Assembly (NCBI GenBank): GCA_950097015.1
Contig: CATNEN010000038.1
Span: 19,964,001 to 20,028,000, forward strand
DNA: 64,000 nucleotides
Direction of reading: 5' to 3'
Origin: Macrostomum hystrix
Lineage: Eukaryota > Animalia > Platyhelminthes
Part shown: positions 58,201 to 64,000 of the stretch, piece after piece
Layout of the letters: each line of letters begins with the position of its first letter
Position numbering within the stretch: the stretch's first letter is position 1
Notes under the pieces: generated by a model
The model's database searches: none
Seen by the model: the letters and a program-made list of their open reading frames with translations, nothing else
Told to the model about the DNA's origin: nothing
Translations under genes and position numbers: made by a program

Positions 58201-58677
58201 CGCATCCTAGTAATAGATACCGGGACAGGTAAACCGGTCCAACTAGCTAGTCGAAGAAAACCCCACACTCAATCCCACGTCAGTAAGTATAGTTTGCGCT
58301 GAGCTCGGCACGTCTGGCCAACTGCTGACGGAGTGTTAGACAGGGATTGGCAAGCACGGAAGTACTCTCCATATCGCCGACAATCATCGGTTGGACGCCG
58401 TCGAATTGACATTAGGTGTGGCACGATAGAACTATCGTTGTGCCAACGTAATTGTTGAGACAACGTAATTTCACAGACTCGTAGTCTAGGTCATTTCTTT
58501 TTTCGAAAGATTATCCAAAGAAATAAGAGAAGCCTTGTACTTTAATTAGTTTGTTGTCTAAGGAAATACAAAACAAATAAAAGTACACAAAATTACCACA
58601 GGCCAGGCGATCCTCAGCATCTTCTTAACCTCTTGCTTCAAATCATCGTTAAAAAACTGACGCAGTTTGTTCCACAT
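49228..58677 (-). CDS. MATE family multidrug and toxin extrusion transporter (SLC47A-like, ~617 aa)
   Basis: Exons 58597-58677, 56700-56801, 56504-56621, 55338-55437, 55222-55264, 54633-54775, 52641-52852, 52502-52569, 51608-51792, 50880-51082, 50548-50787, 49228-49586. Motifs: CGRLGKLELDGAALANS, GMATACDTLFSQCYG, LAIPGMGMVCLEVICWE, IRVGQQLGAN, GALRGCGRQ, GLWIG; extra C-terminal TM helix. Confidence 0.93.
50268..50390. repeat. Dispersed repeat, similar to 56216-56365
   Basis: TTCGACAAGA..GCTGA..TCGACGATGCTGA..GGACGGCTTTGAAAGTTA..AATTTTGATCCA shared between the copies; partial inverted copy near 24350-24392. Confidence 0.7.
51228..51570 (-). mobile_element. SINE family A, diverged copy
   Basis: Similarity to consensus. 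Confidence 0.8.
51845..52462. repeat. 32/31-bp minisatellite (GACATTGGGATCACAGTATACCACACAAGATG)
   Basis: About 19 copies in two variant units; not CRISPR because there are no unique spacers. Confidence 0.95.
52885..54505. repeat. Compound 28-bp minisatellite sharing core GGTGAGATTTTGAATC
   Basis: Sub-array 1 (..AGGAGAATCTTG) to ~53840; sub-array 2 (..TGACCAATCCAA) 53955-54505. Confidence 0.95.
54858..55204 (-). mobile_element. SINE family A, full-length copy
   Basis: Match to consensus; lies 17 bp from the MATE exon 5 donor. Confidence 0.9.
56216..56365. repeat. Dispersed repeat, similar to 50268-50390
   Basis: Shared sequence blocks. Confidence 0.7.
57735..58271 (+). mobile_element. Probable solo LTR (or LTR-like promoter element) in MATE intron 1
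   Basis: TG...CA ends (TGTAGTGT / ACACTCA); three CCAAT boxes (57942, 57961, 58005), GC box, TATATAA at 58108, then a T-rich R/U5-like region. No clear TSD. Confidence 0.45.
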
Positions 58678-59084
58678 TTTTATTGACAACACTTTCAAGT
58701 ATTTTAAGAATAAACTTTTGTTGTCGCTAAAAATTAAAAAAAGAAAACAGTTAAAAACTAGTCTAGCGAATGCTTTCTACCGTTTATATCGTTATCAATT
58801 AAATTTACAAGCTTTCACGTTGCCTATCTAAATTTCTAATGGTTTAGAAAAACTGGGCGTATCTCGTAAAGTCACGAAAATTTACCTAGACTGAGATTAC
58901 TGAACGTACTCGAACGGGCTCAACTGGTATTTCTGAACCAGCTGTGTTTGAACCCAGACTCTGAAAGTTTACGAGTACGGTTTTTTGCCTGTCTAATCTT
59001 CTACTCTCAACTGACAAAAATCATCTTATTTTCAATTCTTATTGTTCAAAAATACCAATTTTCTTTTCCTTTCTTTTCCTCTTT

Positions 59085-59490
59085 TCCACGAATCCCAGAT
59101 TCTACGAATCCCAGATTCCACGAATCCCAGATTCCACGAATCCCAGATTCCACGAATCCCAGATTCCACGAATCACAGATTCTACGAATCACAGATTCCA
59201 CGAATCACAGATTCCACGAATCACAGATTCCACGAATCCCAGATTCCACGAATCCCAGATTCCACGAATCCCAGATTCCACGAATCCCAGATTCTACGAA
59301 TCACAGATTCTACGAATCACAGATTCTACGAATCACAGATTCTACGAATCACAGATTCTACGAATCACAGATTCTACGAATCACAGATTCTACGAATCCC
59401 AGATTCCACGAATCCCAGATTCCACGAATCCCAGATTCCACGAATCCCAGATTCCACGAATCCCAGATTCCACGAATCCCAGATTCCACG
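59085..59490. repeat. 16-bp minisatellite (TTCCACGAATCCCAGA)
   Basis: About 25 tandem copies. Confidence 0.95.
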
Positions 59491-60907
59491 AAAATTACAA
59501 TCTAAGAATCCCATATTCCAAGAGTCCCAAATTCGAAAATCCAATATTCCGTAAATCCCATATTCCACGAATCCCATTTTCCCATGATATAAGAATCCCA
59601 TATTGCAAGAATCCAATTACCCAAGAAAAAATCTCATACTCCGAGTATCCCGTGTTCTAAAAGTACAAGTCGTCATATTTTTTAAGAGTCTCTTCCTAAA
59701 ATACTCGCGTCTTTTAAAACTCACTTTTTCTGTCTTTGGTCATCTTCAATATGAAACTGCTTTCTTAAGTTCTTTTAAACACAATCCCATTTGGATATTT
59801 TAGATAGGAAAAAATTAGCAGTTTTTGGCTTAAAATTTATGAATTATGAAATACAATGCGGGTTTAAAATGCCATTTTTCTCATCTCTATAATCATGATA
59901 ATCCAACTTCAAAAAAAGATCTGAGATTTTGACCATTTTAAAGCAAAGAGCCAAGGATAGCACTATACTTTTAGGAGCATTTATTATAATGCGTTTCTTT
60001 ACTGGACGACGTGAAAGTGTATTTGTGCAGCAACTAAATTTTAAGCTAGTTCTCTAAATCTAGATATAGAGAATAAATATTCGCATAAAAAAATAGGAAA
60101 AGTTACTCTTGACTGCAAAACACTGCAAAGTTCCGTTACAACTGTATAACATTCCAAAAACGATACGAATTGGATACATTAAAACAAAATTAGTGCAACC
60201 ACTATTATTGATAAGCGCAGTGGAGCAAATTCAAAACTAAACAAAGAATTAACAAATTAACAAAAATTGGACTGCATAATTTTCATCACGGTGCGGTAAT
60301 ATAGCTATTTTTGCTGTGTTATCTTTGATTTGTTATACTTCTCCGTAAATAGTCACTTCGAAAAATACGTTTTAACATTCGGAATATACGGAAGCTTAAC
60401 ATTCTGTCAGACTTTGAACTTTACCTACTGTTAAAAAGTGGCCTTACTGAAATAAAAACTCTAGATTTAAATTCCTCAGCTAAAAACCGCACCGCGATTA
60501 AACAGTCGTTCGAAATTCGTTTAAACAAGTGCGAGTGCAATATAGAATTATGAATTTAATATAGATAGAAATTGCACCCTATCCCAGGTGGGCCAGATAA
60601 ACAGCGAGTGGTACAGCCACAGCTACCAAAGGCTGTGTACAGCTGTTCAGTCCACGGACTGTGGAGAACTGGCAGTCGAAACGAACCCAAATATCTACTC
60701 GACGCTTGTGCCAGTAATAATTTTACTGCTGGATGAACTACTAAAAGCTCAAGGGAATCAAATTGCTCAGTGATACAATCGGGCTGAGATTCGAACTCCC
60801 GACCCTCAGTCGGATGTCCGAAGCTTCAACAGCAAGCTACAGTTATACAAAAAATTTTCAACTGCTTTATTTGTTACAGCTTGCAGTACATGTACTGACA
60901 CTGAGAT

Positions 60908-62068
60908 CTAGCCACGAGTAGCAGATAGGTTTGCCATCGGCTGAGTATCCATAGGATCCCGAGCGTTTTCATTGTGTCCAAAATTGCACTGCGGGCGAAA
61001 CAACGCCAGAAATCTCAGACGATAGCCAGGATTCTTCCACAGCAGTAGCAACCAGTTGAAGCTCTGGTTAAACAGAATCAGGACCTGACTGGCCTGCGAG
61101 ATGTTCAGCAGTGCGCGCAGCAGCTGGGCATCTGACTCAGTCTTGTACTCGCCGACAAACTGGGCAGCTAGAATGGTCAGGGCACTCGGCAGAGAGCACA
61201 CTGTGAGCACTGCTGACAATGTCACGCACAATATTGTGTTCGTCATCTTATCAGCGTCGTCAAATCCGTTTGGTGAAGAGATGGAGGACATTGTGAGCTG
61301 ACGCCGCCTACGCAGGATGGTAACTAACTTCCAGGCCAGGTAAAAGTTGGTAGCCAACACACAGAACACTGGCAGAGTGGGCGGATACAGTAGCAGGATA
61401 ATGTGCACACCTAGTAGGACTCTGGACACACCATCTATGCTCGAATACACCATGCAGGCAATTATTTTCGGACCAACAGGTGAAAATTTCAGCTCTTGCC
61501 AACCGTAGGAAATCAGAGAGACTGAGCTCAGGGCTAACGAAATCGCGACCATTGCTCCACAGACACGCCAAGCCGTGCGCTGGCGCAGCACCTGGAAACG
61601 AAACGGCATGGCTAGACTAAGCGCTCTGTCCAGCACCATGGCTAGAAAGATGAGCATAGACTGCAGGCTCAGCCAGTGCTGAGCAAATCTGTAAATGCTG
61701 CACGCGGCAGCGGAGATGTTGTACACAACAAAGCCTAGGCGAGCATTGCTTAGCCACGGCAGGCCGCGGGCTAGAAACAGACCCAGGAAGCCAGTGACAA
61801 TCATGTTGGCACTATCGGCAATAGCCATTGCGCCCAGGTAGGCGTTTAGTCGAGTCCGTTCAGCACCGTCGCCCAGGGTGACCAAGGCGGTGACGCAGTT
61901 GCCAAACAGGCCGGAAGCCATCACCAGGGGCAAAAAAACACCGGTCAGAACCCCGTAAGCCGTGCTAATTGGACAAAATATTTCCCGATTTTTAGCAGTT
62001 GGAAGGCAATCTAACAGGGCGCTTTCCAGACTGGCGTAGAATGTTGCTTCAACAACTGAATCGTTCAT
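60908..62068 (-). CDS. Intronless rhodopsin-like (class A) GPCR, orphan peptide/chemoreceptor-like (~386 aa)
   Basis: Seven hydrophobic segments: TM1 GLFGN, TM2 AMAIADS, TM3 C..LDRAL, TM6 VCSLP, TM7 NQSFNWLL, helix 8 NPGYRLRF. First ATG (MNDS) at 62068. Confidence 0.9.
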   Translation of the reverse strand: MNDSVVEATFYASLESALLDCLPTAKNREIFCPISTAYGVLTGVFLPLVMASGLFGNCVTALVTLGDGAERTRLNAYLGAMAIADSANMIVTGFLGLFLARGLPWLSNARLGFVVYNISAAACSIYRFAQHWLSLQSMLIFLAMVLDRALSLAMPFRFQVLRQRTAWRVCGAMVAISLALSSVSLISYGWQELKFSPVGPKIIACMVYSSIDGVSRVLLGVHIILLLYPPTLPVFCVLATNFYLAWKLVTILRRRRQLTMSSISSPNGFDDADKMTNTILCVTLSAVLTVCSLPSALTILAAQFVGEYKTESDAQLLRALLNISQASQVLILFNQSFNWLLLLWKNPGYRLRFLALFRPQCNFGHNENARDPMDTQPMANLSATRG

Positions 62069-62548
62069 TGCGCTGAGCTTCCGCTGCGTCAAAGTGAGAG
62101 ATTTTTTAGTCTTTTTCGAAGCTGGTTTTAGATTTGTCGATTACTATTTTATAGTCATCAATCTGCAGATGCTCCACCCACCATCCTTTGACGTCAAAGA
62201 GTTGGTCTCTGTGTTAAAATTAAATCTCTTTTTTAAATTGGTGGATTACTTGTCTGGGGTATTTGCGCGGATTTAATTTTCATGATTGTTTTTTATTTAA
62301 GCCTAAGCTTTGAATTCATTTTATCTGCTGAAACCGGCCTTAATCCTCCATTATATTTGGCGATTTGAGATTTTAGAATCCTTTTTGGGACAGGATTTTC
62401 ATTTTTCATCGATAAAGGGACTTGTCTATAGAAGCCTGGGAGCCGAGGATTAACATCAAGGTATCTTTCAGCGTTCGACTAAGGATCTTCTTAATGATCG
62501 GAGAAACTGTCTTAGCACGCTGTAATAATCTTTAATTGCGTCAGTGAT

Positions 62549-62880
62549 GGGGTGGGTGACAGAGCGCATAACGCGTTTTCCTCTCACACCAAAGTCCTTG
62601 AGTTCGATTCCATGGCGAGGCCACATTTATTTGGGGCGCAGCCGCGGAGAGAAGGCTTGGGGGCTTGTCGTGCACTTTACGCCCTTGAGGGCCAACCTCC
62701 ATGGCACAGTGAGAGTGTACACTGCATGCTTGACGACGAGAAAGTCAGGGCTGATGTACACACCTGTTTGTGTGCCTATGTACAGTATCTGTGTGCGTGT
62801 GTGCTCAGGAGTCAGCGAAATGGGCAGTATTGCCTTCTATTGTCACCAAATGATGTGCCATTGCCCGCAGCCCTCCTGAA
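62549..62880 (+). mobile_element. SINE family A copy
   Basis: Match to consensus with a 3' internal deletion. Confidence 0.88.
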
Positions 62881-63019
62881 AATATTTTATTTCTTAAAAT
62901 TACTATAATATGTACTATTTCAATGAACTACAATATTTCAACTATAATATGCATGAGCTTTTTCAGCGATGTAATATTAGTTTGTTAATTATTAATTACA
63001 CCTGCCCCGATCGGGTTGT

Positions 63020-63255
63020 GAAGCGGATAGCGGCGTACGGCTGTTCAGTCCATGGACTGGGGGACGCCACACCCACCCTCAAACAACCCCAGCCGATGCT
63101 GGTACCCATTCAACAGCTGGGTGAGCTGAAGCAATGCGGGTTAAGAGTTGAAGAGCGTGTTAGCAGACAAAGGACACATATTGTTCCAGTGGAGTCGCCC
63201 AATCCCCGACCTTCAAGTCATGTGTCCGGCCCACTGACAACTAAGCTACTGACCA
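63020..63255 (-). mobile_element. SINE family B copy
   Basis: Reverse complement of family B (GGTACCCATT..CAGCTGGGTGA..AAGGACACA). Confidence 0.8.
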
Positions 63256-63758
63256 CTAAATTAACATTTCTGACGAGGTATTTTTTGGTGGCTGCAAGTC
63301 CAACCATATCAATTTATGATATTCTTAAGAAAACATCCATTGTTTTAGGAAGAAAATATTATTATACTGAATTTATTTTACAGTGTTCCATGACAGTAGC
63401 GGACTAAATTACAAAAGCTTCCGTTGTATCCAAGATTTTGGATTGAATATCATGGGCTGTAGAGAAATTCAAAAAAATAATCGACTGCTTTTATTTCCAA
63501 CGAAACTGAGATTCTTGATTCAGTTCTCTTTGTAATATCATAACTCAGTTTTGATTCGTTTTTTTATTTTCTTTTTTTTTAATTCGATTCTTGATACAAA
63601 AATGCTTCAAATAAGCTTCTTCAAAATCAATATTTAATGTGCTTCAACATTGACCTGAAGGAAATCAACGAAATTTCTCTGCATCTAACTACTTAAATTA
63701 ATTATCGAATGGAAAGAAGAGGTGGTGCTATTTTAAAGAGAAATCATTCAATCCTTGA

Positions 63759-63915
63759 GGCCGGATGGCTCAGTCAGTAAGGTGTCGGACTCTGGATCAG
63801 ATGGTCCTGGGTTCGACTCCCAGACCTTAGTCTAGAACTATTCGTGCAGCCTTTGGCAAGCTGCTTTGCCCTGATGTGCACACAGTCTACTCAGCTGCAA
63901 ATGAGTACCGAAATT
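63759..63915 (+). mobile_element. tRNA-derived SINE with CORE-like domain (family B relative)
   Basis: A box TGGCTCAGTCAG, B box GGTTCGACTCC, followed by CCTTTGGCAAG..ACTCAGCTGCAAATGAGTACC. Confidence 0.7.
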
Positions 63916-64000
63916 TCTTTGGATAATAATAATTCCGGCTGGCGTGGAATAAAGTAGTTCTGTGCGGCAATTCTGTGGGGTTTGGATGCTGCCGATATGT

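Noticed and set aside
63759-63830. tRNA-like sequence (also 11660-11720, 14003-14065, 60780-60840)
   Set aside because: No proper acceptor stem; at least two (63759, 11660) run on into SINE core sequence, so they are SINE heads rather than tRNA genes.

Overview
Eukaryotic (invertebrate animal) genomic DNA with GC-rich exons, GT-AG introns down to about 45 nt, and introns packed with minisatellites and tRNA-derived SINEs. The style resembles a free-living flatworm such as Macrostomum, but that is inference only. I reconstructed these genes by hand with consistent splice phases: a calmodulin-like protein (-, 5 exons), a full-length molybdo-flavo aldehyde oxidase/XDH-family enzyme (-, 14 exons), a divergent ionotropic glutamate receptor/IR (-, 10 exons), a Ryk/Derailed Wnt-receptor pseudokinase (+, 11 exons), a MATE/SLC47 transporter (-, 12 exons), an intronless class A GPCR (-), and part of an unidentified gene near the left end. 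Mobile DNA includes a 5'-truncated RTE-like LINE with a 9-bp TSD, three tRNA-SINE families (one nested in another with a 10-bp TSD) and a probable solo LTR. The standout observation is in the iGluR-like channel. Its cytoplasmic tail, right after the M4 helix and starting in the same exon, is an apparently complete S1 (OB-fold) RNA-binding domain that closely resembles the C-terminal S1 domain of polynucleotide phosphorylase (PNPT1). This would be a ligand-gated ion channel fused to an RNA-binding domain.
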